Source of the DNA: a virus
Lineage: Duplodnaviria; Caudoviricetes
Reading direction: 5' to 3' (one strand)
Virus record (IMG/VR): IMGVR_UViG_3300043786_001648
Coordinates: 1 to 52,795 of that record
DNA: 52,795 nt
Shown here: positions 1-7,706 of the stretch, in pieces
How positions within the stretch are numbered: the first letter of the stretch is position 1
Layout of the letters: each line of letters opens with the position of its first letter
Notes under the pieces: model-generated
What the model was told of the DNA's origin: nothing
Databases searched by the model: none
What the model saw: only the letters and a program-made list of their open reading frames with translations
Translations under genes and position numbers: made by a program

Positions 1-162
1 TCCCCCAACTTCAGGGTCGCCCGTCAGGGGGCTTGGGGGGGGGGTGCAGCGGTGCGTGGGTGGGCGAGGGTACGAGTTATGGGACTCGGGGACAGGCGCG
101 CCCGTGGTCGAGTATGCAAGCGGCGAGATTCCGAAAGAGCGCGTAAGTGCTTGTGGCACAAG
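1..162. repeat. Direct terminal repeat, left copy
   Basis: 1-162 matches 52635-52795 except that the G run after GGGGGCTT is G10 here and G9 in the right copy. Confidence 0.95.
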
Positions 163-170
163 GGTTTACG
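142..170. promoter_or_regulatory. 29-bp imperfect palindrome (possible recombinase or regulator site)
   Basis: CGTAAgtgCTTGTG-g-CACAAGggtTTACG; the right terminal repeat ends exactly at the end of the inner CTTGTG-g-CACAAG core. Confidence 0.45.
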
Positions 171-279
171 GCGATAACAAGGTCGGACTTTGGTTTCAGC
201 AAGAGGAAAGGTTGTTCGAGCCGCCGCCGCTGTTGGTTGGTGGATCATCTCGGACAGACCTCTAGTATGGAGACTGAAC

Positions 280-657
280 ATGGCTAGCAAGAAGACCGCT
301 CCGAAGTCCCTGATCGAGAATCCGACGGTGTCCCTCGACTCCGACAATGTCGTCGGAAAGCCGAGGGACTGTGGGTCGATGCACACCATCACCATCCAGA
401 TCCCGATGGGCGCCGTTTCCACCAAGCCCGTCAAGGGCAAGGAGGGGGTGACCTACTCCCGATGTGGGTCGGTCGTCTTCCCCAAGAACTTCAAGTTCCA
501 AGTCGATGGCGCTTGGTTCACCTTCGGCACCACTGCCAAGTGGTGGGATGACAAGGCTCAGTGCTACAAGGGCATGGATTCGATCTACATCAAGCCCTAC
601 ACCGAGCCGAAGGCTCGCGAGGAGAAGGAGGGTATCGAGATGCCCTCGATGGGCTGA
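280..657 (+). CDS. Hypothetical protein (first early gene)
   Basis: GGAGA RBS upstream of ATG 280; coding-like codon usage; followed by a terminator. Confidence 0.8.
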   Translation: MASKKTAPKSLIENPTVSLDSDNVVGKPRDCGSMHTITIQIPMGAVSTKPVKGKEGVTYSRCGSVVFPKNFKFQVDGAWFTFGTTAKWWDDKAQCYKGMDSIYIKPYTEPKAREEKEGIEMPSMG

Positions 658-679
658 ACGACCGTCCCGACCCAAGACT

Positions 680-718
680 GGGGAGGTGCCTCACCGCACC
701 TCCCCTTTCTTCGTTTTT
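680..718 (+). terminator. Rho-independent terminator
   Basis: GGGGAGGTGC-ctcacc-GCACCTCCCC stem followed by a T-rich tract, just after stop 657. Confidence 0.85.
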
Positions 719-827
719 GGAGTGAAGGACAGCGAACCGTTTCCCCGTCCCTCCCCTCAACTACCCCCTGTGGATGGGGCAATCCCGCGTCAAACCGACG
801 CACAATCCACACCGCAAGGAGACACCC

Positions 828-1145
828 ATGGCCGACACCACCAACACCCCCAACACCTACGCCTCCGTCGCCGTCGTCCGCGTCAACTTGATCAAGCCCG
901 ACTTCAAGACGGGCAACATGGGTGGCAAGTATTTCTCCCATGTGTGCTACGCCATCTGGAACTTCGAGGCCTCCGAAATCGTGACGGCTCTCGCCAACCA
1001 CAACCGCGGCACCACCTACGGCTACATCACCGAGGACGGCCACCTGTCTCGGGAACTCACGGTCGACCCCGACCCTGCCCCCGAACCCGAACTCCCCTCC
1101 GACGCCGACCCCGAAACGGGCGTCGCCTACGGCGACCTCACCTGA
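828..1145 (+). CDS. Hypothetical protein with acidic C-terminus
   Basis: AAGGAGA RBS, ATG 828, C-ending codons. Confidence 0.8.
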   Translation: MADTTNTPNTYASVAVVRVNLIKPDFKTGNMGGKYFSHVCYAIWNFEASEIVTALANHNRGTTYGYITEDGHLSRELTVDPDPAPEPELPSDADPETGVAYGDLT

Positions 1146-1162
1146 CCCGCCTTCCACCCCAG

Positions 1163-1246
1163 TCCCCTGCCTCCCTTGACAGGGAGGTGGGGGATTCCTC
1201 CATGCGCCCCTGCTGCTCACCCCCTGAGCAGTGGGGGTTTCTCTTC
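1163..1246 (+). terminator. Tandem hairpins; the second is terminator-like
   Basis: TCCCCTGCCTCCC-ttgaca-GGGAGGTGGGGGA, then CCCCTGCTGCTCA-ccccc-TGAGCAGTGGGGG-TTTCTCTT. Confidence 0.65.
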
Positions 1247-1310
1247 CAATGTCGGTGCGATGCACGGTGCGCACCGACTCACCAACCCAAACCCGTGCGG
1301 AGCATGACCA

Positions 1311-1886
1311 ATGTCAGACACCACCATCGTCGCCAAGCCCGCCCCGTTCACCACCAACCCCGAAGCCCCCTTCGGCCCGTCGTGCATCTCGCCCGACTTC
1401 TACATCCTCCACAAGAAGACGGCAGACCGCGAAGCCCGCATCGCCGCCCTCGTGTCGAAGAACGAAGCCGAGGGCAAGAGCACCGACCGCGTCTTTGCCG
1501 CCATCGAGGCCGACTCGACCGCACCTCTCACGACCAACCGCAAGCAGTTGAAGGAGATCGCCGTCATCATCCCCAAGAAGCTGAAGGTCAACGACCTCTC
1601 CGACATCGACTGCACCTCCAAGTTGTGGCAGGTCATCTATGGCCTCGCCCACCTCGGCATCTACTTCTCGGGCACCGACAACCTGTCCGACCGCGGCATG
1701 CTCTCGCTGCTGCAGTCCCGCATCCTCGATGAGGAGGTCAACGACATCGTCCCGAGCCCCGACATGTCGGAGTTCATCGACCTGTCGCCCTGCCCCGTCT
1801 CGGACAGCCCCGTCGACCGCGACCAGTACCTGCCCCGCCCCGTCCGTCCTGCTGCCGTCACCATGGTTGACCCCTCGGCCCCCTGA
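1311..1886 (+). CDS. Hypothetical protein, resembling a conserved family I associate with PVC-group bacteria
   Basis: 191 aa; motifs TDNLSDRGM...FIDL...DRDQYLPRP; family association is from memory and unverified. Confidence 0.75.
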   Translation: MSDTTIVAKPAPFTTNPEAPFGPSCISPDFYILHKKTADREARIAALVSKNEAEGKSTDRVFAAIEADSTAPLTTNRKQLKEIAVIIPKKLKVNDLSDIDCTSKLWQVIYGLAHLGIYFSGTDNLSDRGMLSLLQSRILDEEVNDIVPSPDMSEFIDLSPCPVSDSPVDRDQYLPRPVRPAAVTMVDPSAP

Positions 1887-1906
1887 CCGCCCCGTCCATG
1901 TCTCCG

Positions 1907-1946
1907 CCCCCCGCACCGAGTCGTTTGGTGCGGGGGGTTTCCCTTT
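1907..1946 (+). terminator. Rho-independent terminator
   Basis: CCCCCCGCACC-gagtcgttt-GGTGCGGGGGG-TTTCCCTTT. Confidence 0.75.
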
Positions 1947-1959
1947 ACAGGATACCACC

Positions 1960-2202
1960 ATGCTGAACACCTACCGACCCCACTCCGATCCCGACACCGT
2001 CCGCATCGGCAAGCCCTGTTCCTCATGCCGCATCCCCATCCGCATCGTCATGCCCGAGAAGGACTTCTTCACGGGCTGCATCCTCGCCCTCGGCGGAGCC
2101 TGTGTGGAGGACGCCTTCCCCTCCCTCGACTCCGAAACCCACGCCACCATGGTCACGGGGCTCTGCCCCCGTTGCCGCACCTCGGAGCCCACCCATGCCT
2201 GA
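1960..2202 (+). CDS. Small putative zinc-binding protein
   Basis: AGGA RBS; CSSC...CPRC pairs. Confidence 0.7.
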   Translation: MLNTYRPHSDPDTVRIGKPCSSCRIPIRIVMPEKDFFTGCILALGGACVEDAFPSLDSETHATMVTGLCPRCRTSEPTHA

Positions 2203-2368
2203 CCCCTGCAGGTACCGAGCCCACATCTGCATCGAGTTCACCACCGACCAACCCTTCCCCGAATCCGTGGCCGACCAGATCGTCCGCCGCATCGCCGACC
2301 ATGTCGGCTTTCCAAACCCCGTCGATTCCGTGTGGCTCGACGATGTCACGGAGCCCACCGATGCCTAA
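2195..2368 (+). CDS. Small hypothetical protein
   Basis: GGAG RBS; overlaps both neighbours in operon fashion. Confidence 0.55.
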   Translation: MPDPCRYRAHICIEFTTDQPFPESVADQIVRRIADHVGFPNPVDSVWLDDVTEPTDA

Positions 2369-2627
2369 CCGCAGACGCCCCAACAACCCCTCCATCATCG
2401 GATACGCCTTCAACGGAGCCCTCTGCTGCCCAAACTGCACCATCTACGCCTTCTCCACGGAGGAACTTCGTCGCCCAATCCTGCCCCCCAAACGCGAGCG
2501 GCTCGACCAGCACGGCCTGCCCGATGACATGTGCAACACCGACGACGAGCCCGTCAACCCCGTCTTCTCGACCGACGACTACCCCGATGGCTTCACCTGC
2601 GACGAATGCGGTGAACTCCAACCCTGA
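2361..2627 (+). CDS. Small putative zinc-binding protein
   Basis: GGAG RBS; CCPNC...CDECGE motifs. Confidence 0.7.
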   Translation: MPNRRRPNNPSIIGYAFNGALCCPNCTIYAFSTEELRRPILPPKRERLDQHGLPDDMCNTDDEPVNPVFSTDDYPDGFTCDECGELQP

Positions 2628-2668
2628 CCCAGACCCCAGACCCCAAACCCCAAACCACGAGACTCCCG

Positions 2669-3067
2669 ATGAACGACTTCAAGATCAAGCTCGAAATCTC
2701 CTTCCGAATCCCCGACGACTACAGCCCTGCGCTCGAAGCGCAGATCATCAAGTCCAGGATCGACCAGGCCCTCAACTCCATGGCCATCCAGCCGGCCGAC
2801 ACCGACAAGGGCTACGGCGTCTTCTCCGTCTCCCTGAAGGGCGAACCCCTTGTGCTCCCTCCCTTCGGACTCAAGCCCTACCGAGTCACCTGCACCGCCA
2901 CCATCCTCGAAAAGCTCGTCTTCTTCGTCGACGCCAAGGACAAGGAGGACGCCATCTCGATGTGCGACAACCGACACAACCGCTACACCGACAGGCACAT
3001 CGACGAGGCGGACAGGGAGCACCTCGAGACCACCGAGGAGGACAACTGGAAGGCGGAGCCCCAATGA
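2669..3067 (+). CDS. Hypothetical protein
   Basis: 132-aa ORF, typical codon usage, ATGA overlap with next gene. Confidence 0.75.
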   Translation: MNDFKIKLEISFRIPDDYSPALEAQIIKSRIDQALNSMAIQPADTDKGYGVFSVSLKGEPLVLPPFGLKPYRVTCTATILEKLVFFVDAKDKEDAISMCDNRHNRYTDRHIDEADREHLETTEEDNWKAEPQ

Positions 3068-3384
3068 ACCCCCACTGGAAGGAGACCCTCGAGTGGCTGG
3101 CCCGCAAGCACGGCCACCGTCTCTCGCTCCGCGCGATGGAGCGCATGCCTCACCTCTTCTACCTGTTCCACGGACCCCGCGTCGAGGTCAAGACCGTCTA
3201 CGACGACGGCACCCAATGGGTGCGCCGAGGCTACGTCGGCTGCTCCTCGGGACACAACCCCGTGTTCCTCCTCCTCCCCCGCTGCGACTCGTCGGGATCG
3301 TCCGACGTCCTGCACGAGCGCGACGAGATCAAGATCGTCCCGAACCCCCGCTACTTTACAGACAAGGAAACTTGTGTACCATAG
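3064..3384 (+). CDS. Hypothetical protein
   Basis: ATGA coupling, GGAG RBS; MNPHWKETLE...RRGYVGCSSG. Confidence 0.7.
   Translation: MNPHWKETLEWLARKHGHRLSLRAMERMPHLFYLFHGPRVEVKTVYDDGTQWVRRGYVGCSSGHNPVFLLLPRCDSSGSSDVLHERDEIKIVPNPRYFTDKETCVP
3355..3382 (+). promoter_or_regulatory. Putative sigma70-type promoter
   Basis: TTTACA-16nt-TACCAT in an AT-rich patch, immediately before the AGGAG RBS of the next gene. Confidence 0.55.
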
Positions 3385-3391
3385 GAGACCA

Positions 3392-3640
3392 GTGCCCAAC
3401 CTGAATCCCGACGACTTCCTCATCATCGACCCCATGAGGGCGGCCCGTCTCGGCGACCCCGAGATGCCGCCCGACCGCTTCTACCTTGTCTCCATCCTCG
3501 AGGACAAGGGGAACGACTTCGACTTCGAGGTCCTTCTCGACGGGCCGTGTGCGCTCGTCGAGGCAATCGCCATATCCGCCCGACGCGAAGGGCAGCGGAT
3601 CTGGTTTCCCAACGAGCCCTTCGGAGACCCCGACCAATGA
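3392..3640 (+). CDS. Hypothetical protein
   Basis: AGGAG RBS, GTG start, ATGA overlap with the DUF932 gene. Confidence 0.65.
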   Translation: MPNLNPDDFLIIDPMRAARLGDPEMPPDRFYLVSILEDKGNDFDFEVLLDGPCALVEAIAISARREGQRIWFPNEPFGDPDQ

Positions 3641-4440
3641 GCCTCATCCTCCATCGCGGCGGCTACGACGCCACCATCCAGCAGATCGACGCAGTCCGCA
3701 CCCCCGCCCCCACCTCCTCGCACCATCCCATCTCGCACCGCTACCTCGTCGACACCGTGCTCGAGGCCCTCGCCTACCACGGCTACACCGTGAGCCGTCA
3801 GAAGCACGGGCTCCTCGGCAAGGCGGGCGAGGACTACTTCGGCTGCCTCTACCTCGACCGCAAGTCGCCCTCCGGCGACTACCAGCACGTCCTCGGCCTC
3901 CGCAACTCGCACCGATACCGCTTCTCCGCACAGGGCGTGCTCGGTTCCTCCGTCTTCGTGTGCGACAACCTCGCCTTCCGCGCCTCCGATTCCATCATGC
4001 AGTTCTCACGCAAGCACACCACCAACATCCTCCGCGACTTCCCCCGCATCTGCGTCGACAAGGTCGCGGAGCTCCCCTCCTACTTCGAGGACACCGAGCA
4101 GCAGATATCCCGATGGCAGTCCACCCACCTCGGGGTCGGCCCGTCCACCTCTCGCCGCACCGCCGCAGAGATCTGCATGACCGCCCTCGACAAGGGCGCC
4201 GTCGGACCACGCTCCCTGCCCCGTGTGTGGCACGAGTGCAACCGTGAGGACGGACCCGGCGGACACGCCTCCCTCAAGGGCAACTCCCTGTGGTCCCTCT
4301 TCAACGCCTTCACCGAGGTCGAGAAGCAGTCCGACTCGCCCGCCGAATCCCAGCGGCGCACGGCCCGCCTCTCCACCATCCTCGACGGCTACTGCCAGGT
4401 CCTCTGCCCCGCCGAGCCCACCCCCTGGCCCGTCGACTGA
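3637..4440 (+). CDS. DUF932-family protein
   Basis: Family-typical motifs PISH, LGLRNSH, GSSVFVCDNL, HT, SLWSLFNAFTE. Confidence 0.8.
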   Translation: MSLILHRGGYDATIQQIDAVRTPAPTSSHHPISHRYLVDTVLEALAYHGYTVSRQKHGLLGKAGEDYFGCLYLDRKSPSGDYQHVLGLRNSHRYRFSAQGVLGSSVFVCDNLAFRASDSIMQFSRKHTTNILRDFPRICVDKVAELPSYFEDTEQQISRWQSTHLGVGPSTSRRTAAEICMTALDKGAVGPRSLPRVWHECNREDGPGGHASLKGNSLWSLFNAFTEVEKQSDSPAESQRRTARLSTILDGYCQVLCPAEPTPWPVD

Positions 4441-4513
4441 ACCGCTCCGCCTCTTCGCACCCCCACTGATGCGACCAGTGGGGGCCCCCCTTCACCCCTT
4501 TACGAGACACGCA

Positions 4514-4972
4514 ATGGGTTACCACGTCAACATCATCAACGCATCCATCTCCATCCCCGCCGAGATCCACGACAAGATCTGCCGGCACCTCCTCGAGTCC
4601 GACTTCATGTCCCCCGCCAACATGGGCGGCGGCCTCATGGGTGCCGACGGCAAGGGCGAGAAGTGGTTCTCGTGGGTCGACATGTCCTCCCTCAGGGACT
4701 ACCTCCTCGACGGCGATCTCGTCGCCGTGCTCGAGGAGTTCCGCTTCGACGTCGGCGTCTCCTCCTCCGGCCACATCCTCTCGCTCGACTTCGACGGTTC
4801 GATGGGCGACGAGCAGACGCTCTTCCAGTACATCGCCGAATGCCTCGACCCCGAGGAGATCCACCGCATCGACTGGCGTTCCGAGGATGGATCGCACTGG
4901 CGGTGGATCATCACCGAAGGCGACCTCCGCTCCATCGACGGCGTCCTCACCTTCCCAGGAGACTTCGAGTGA
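4514..4972 (+). CDS. Hypothetical phage protein
   Basis: MGYHVNI...WFSWV...MGDEQ...WRSEDGSHWRW; GTGA overlap with next gene. Confidence 0.75.
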   Translation: MGYHVNIINASISIPAEIHDKICRHLLESDFMSPANMGGGLMGADGKGEKWFSWVDMSSLRDYLLDGDLVAVLEEFRFDVGVSSSGHILSLDFDGSMGDEQTLFQYIAECLDPEEIHRIDWRSEDGSHWRWIITEGDLRSIDGVLTFPGDFE

Positions 4973-5667
4973 ACTCGCCCCGCTTCAACTGGGAAGGCCG
5001 CACCTATCCCCTCCTCACATGGACCTCGACCATGGGCTGCTGGTCGTGGTCCCTGCCCGCCGGCAAGGACGGCTCCTGCCCCATGGAGTCCCGAGTCGAG
5101 GGCTCCATCTGCAACGCCTGCTACGCGCAGCAGAACCGCTACCGATTCCCCACCGTGCGCTCCGCCCAGCAGGCTCGCCTCTCCTACATCACCAAGGATC
5201 CCGTCACCTGCGTCAAGCAGATCTCCGACTTCATCCGCTCCAACCGCCTGCCCTACTTCCGTGTCCACGACTCGGGCGACTTCCACAAGATGTGGCTCAT
5301 CCCCTACTGGCAGGGCGTCGTCCGCGACAACCCGTCCACCCTCTTCTGGTTCCCGACCCGTGCGTGGGTCTTCCCCGTGTGGCTTCCGTTCCTCCGTGAG
5401 CTGGCCGCCGAACCCAACGCATCCGTCCGCCCCTCCGCCATCCGCTTCGGCGACCCGCCTCCCTACATCCACGGCCTTTCCGACGGCACCATGTCGGCAC
5501 CCTCTTCCTCCGTACACGACTGTCCCAAGTCCGTGCGCGGAACCTCCTGTCCCGAGGAGGGGTGCCGCACCTGCTGGTCGAAGACCACCGAAGTCAACTA
5601 CATCCCCCATGGCCGTCCCCTTGCGGGCCGGCCCGTCGACCTCACGATCGGAGGAGCACCCCGCTGA
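4969..5667 (+). CDS. GP88-like protein (Cys-rich, possibly Fe-S binding)
   Basis: WSLPAG..SCP, ICNACYA, YFRVHDSGDF, WFPTR, C..CRTCW motifs as in mycobacteriophage gp88-like proteins. Confidence 0.75.
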   Translation: MNSPRFNWEGRTYPLLTWTSTMGCWSWSLPAGKDGSCPMESRVEGSICNACYAQQNRYRFPTVRSAQQARLSYITKDPVTCVKQISDFIRSNRLPYFRVHDSGDFHKMWLIPYWQGVVRDNPSTLFWFPTRAWVFPVWLPFLRELAAEPNASVRPSAIRFGDPPPYIHGLSDGTMSAPSSSVHDCPKSVRGTSCPEEGCRTCWSKTTEVNYIPHGRPLAGRPVDLTIGGAPR

Positions 5668-5761
5668 AACGCCTGTCCCGCTACCTGAACCCCGTCACCG
5701 TCTTCGCCATCATCGTGGTGTGGACCATCCTCTCCATCCTTTCCTCATGCAAGAGACACCC

Positions 5762-6196
5762 ATGTCAGAACCAACCCCATCATCCGAAGAGATCCTCCTC
5801 TCCTCCTTCCGCACCTTCCTCGCCACCCTCGACCGCCACTCCCCCTCCTCCAAGGGTCTCACCTACGACAGGTTCGCAGCCATCGTCTCCCCCAACCCTC
5901 CCCGAGACATGACCTACGAGGAGAACACGCTCGTCCACAACCTCGAGGAACAGGCGAGGATCATCGTCAAGGACGAGCTCGAGTCGTTCCCCGACGAGAC
6001 CCAGGCCTACGACATCGCCGTGGCCCTCGGCGACAGCCGCCAGTTCAAGAGGGCCGTGGCCGACGCCGCCGCCTCCACCGAGACGACGCAAGCCGTGGTC
6101 GAGGCCATGCTCGAGTCCGACGACTTCATCGACCGCCTCGCCGCCGCCGTGTGCCGCCGCATCTCCATCGAGCCCGTCAACAAGTCCTTCTCCTGA
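5762..6196 (+). CDS. Hypothetical protein
   Basis: ATG 5762, acidic helical protein, typical codon usage. Confidence 0.7.
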   Translation: MSEPTPSSEEILLSSFRTFLATLDRHSPSSKGLTYDRFAAIVSPNPPRDMTYEENTLVHNLEEQARIIVKDELESFPDETQAYDIAVALGDSRQFKRAVADAAASTETTQAVVEAMLESDDFIDRLAAAVCRRISIEPVNKSFS

Positions 6197-6264
6197 CACC
6201 CCCACTGGTCCGAGCGGGGGCGATGCGGCCGCCCCCTTTACCACCCACCCCACGAGACAATACC

Positions 6265-6504
6265 ATGGCAGACCGACCCTCCTCTCCCCGCGACCACTAC
6301 ACCAAGCACCTCGGCCGCCTCATGGGCTGCCGCATCACGGCCATCGTCGTCGACGACTCCGATCCCTCCGAGATCTACACGGGCTACCGCCTGCACGATC
6401 CCATCCTCGACATCGACTACGAGCTGGTCGCGCTCGCCGATCCCGAGGGCAACGGACCCGGCCACCTCTCCATCACCCTCATCAAGAAGGACGCCTCCAA
6501 GTGA
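6265..6504 (+). CDS. Hypothetical protein
   Basis: C-terminal DPEGNGPGHL motif; GTGA overlap. Confidence 0.7.
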   Translation: MADRPSSPRDHYTKHLGRLMGCRITAIVVDDSDPSEIYTGYRLHDPILDIDYELVALADPEGNGPGHLSITLIKKDASK

Positions 6505-6866
6505 AGAACGAAACCCGCAACATCCTCGTCGCCACCCTCGAACGGTGCTTCACCGCCGAGGGCATGCACCTCCCCGCCGGCCAGACCGTCTACGTCGTCG
6601 GCTCCCTTCCTCCCGCATGGCCCGAGGACGGCAACAACTTCCTCGCCGCCACCACCGCAGCCGTCGACAAGTACGGCATCTCCGTCGGGTGGCTGGCCTC
6701 CATCCCCAGGCACTACGTCAAGGCGCAGCGGGTGACCCCCCTCTTCGACCTCCACCACCTCGACGAGGCCCTCTTCTGCGCCATCGAGTGCGCCATCTCC
6801 GACCTCGACGACGCCCGCCACCCGCCTCGTCCCTCTCCCTCCCCCTCGAAGGAGGCCCGCCAATGA
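6501..6866 (+). CDS. Hypothetical protein
   Basis: GTG start coupled to the upstream stop; AAGGA RBS. Confidence 0.7.
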   Translation: MKNETRNILVATLERCFTAEGMHLPAGQTVYVVGSLPPAWPEDGNNFLAATTAAVDKYGISVGWLASIPRHYVKAQRVTPLFDLHHLDEALFCAIECAISDLDDARHPPRPSPSPSKEARQ

Positions 6867-7174
6867 CCGACACACCGAGGACGGACAAGGCGGCGTGGCG
6901 CGAGCACCAGCAGTCTGTGGTCGATGCCGACTTCGCCCGCCAACTGGAGCGGGAACTCGCCGCGCTCAAGGCCGAGGTGAGCCGCATCAGCCTTCGATGG
7001 GAGATTGCAGATCACCGCGTATCTCTTCTATGGGCCGAGCGCGACGAGGCGCGGGAAATGTACTGCCGTGAGGCGGCACGGCATTCGGTGTGTCGCCGAA
7101 GCATAATGGACGCGCGGACAATCGCCAGAATGAACGGCTGGGACTGCTTCGACGCGAAGGAGGCGAAGCCGTGA
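6863..7174 (+). CDS. Hypothetical phage protein (TPRTD...ADFARQLERE type)
   Basis: AAGGAGG RBS; coiled coil; C-terminus ERDEARE.YC...GWDCF. Confidence 0.75.
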   Translation: MTDTPRTDKAAWREHQQSVVDADFARQLERELAALKAEVSRISLRWEIADHRVSLLWAERDEAREMYCREAARHSVCRRSIMDARTIARMNGWDCFDAKEAKP

Positions 7175-7410
7175 CCGAGCGAGACGACATACCCAAGAGG
7201 CTGCGAGAGCAAAGTGTCGGGGACTACTCTGTTTCACTTTGGGATGAAGCCGCCGACGAGATCACCCGACTCCGCGCCGACCTCGCGCAGCGCACCGTTG
7301 AGCGAGACGAGGCGCGGCGGGAGGTGTGTGAGTTGCTGGCGCGATCTATGAAAGGGCCGATGGAGGTCGCCGCCGATCGCGGCTGGGACTGCTTCGAGGA
7401 GGCGAAATGA
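7171..7410 (+). CDS. Hypothetical phage protein (EAADEI..LR type)
   Basis: AAGGAGG RBS, GTG start; C-terminus paralogous to the preceding gene. Confidence 0.75.
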   Translation: MTERDDIPKRLREQSVGDYSVSLWDEAADEITRLRADLAQRTVERDEARREVCELLARSMKGPMEVAADRGWDCFEEAK

Positions 7411-7706
7411 GGGAGATCGAGATCGAGATCAAGGGCGACGAGCCCGAGGTGGTGCTCCGCCTCGCACCCGCAGGCTCCATGATCATGGCGTTCTACGACA
7501 CGTGGACCAACCCCTCCCACGTCTACGACCGCGGGGACCACACCGTGATCGGCCCGAAGGAGCACTTCCAGCGGATCCTCGACGTCTACGTCCAGCACCC
7601 CGACGGCGAGGAGCACGGCCTCGACTGGTCCGAGCTATCCCAATGGTCTGACGCGCACGACTGGATCATGTCCAAGTGCGTGGAGCAGACGGAGGACCGC
7701 CGATGA
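7407..7706 (+). CDS. Hypothetical protein
   Basis: GAGGAGG RBS, ATGA overlaps on both sides. Confidence 0.75.
   Translation: MREIEIEIKGDEPEVVLRLAPAGSMIMAFYDTWTNPSHVYDRGDHTVIGPKEHFQRILDVYVQHPDGEEHGLDWSELSQWSDAHDWIMSKCVEQTEDRR

Noticed and set aside
658-1310. tRNA or riboswitch in the early intergenic gaps
   Set aside because: Only simple hairpins; no cloverleaf, T-loop or known aptamer consensus recognised.
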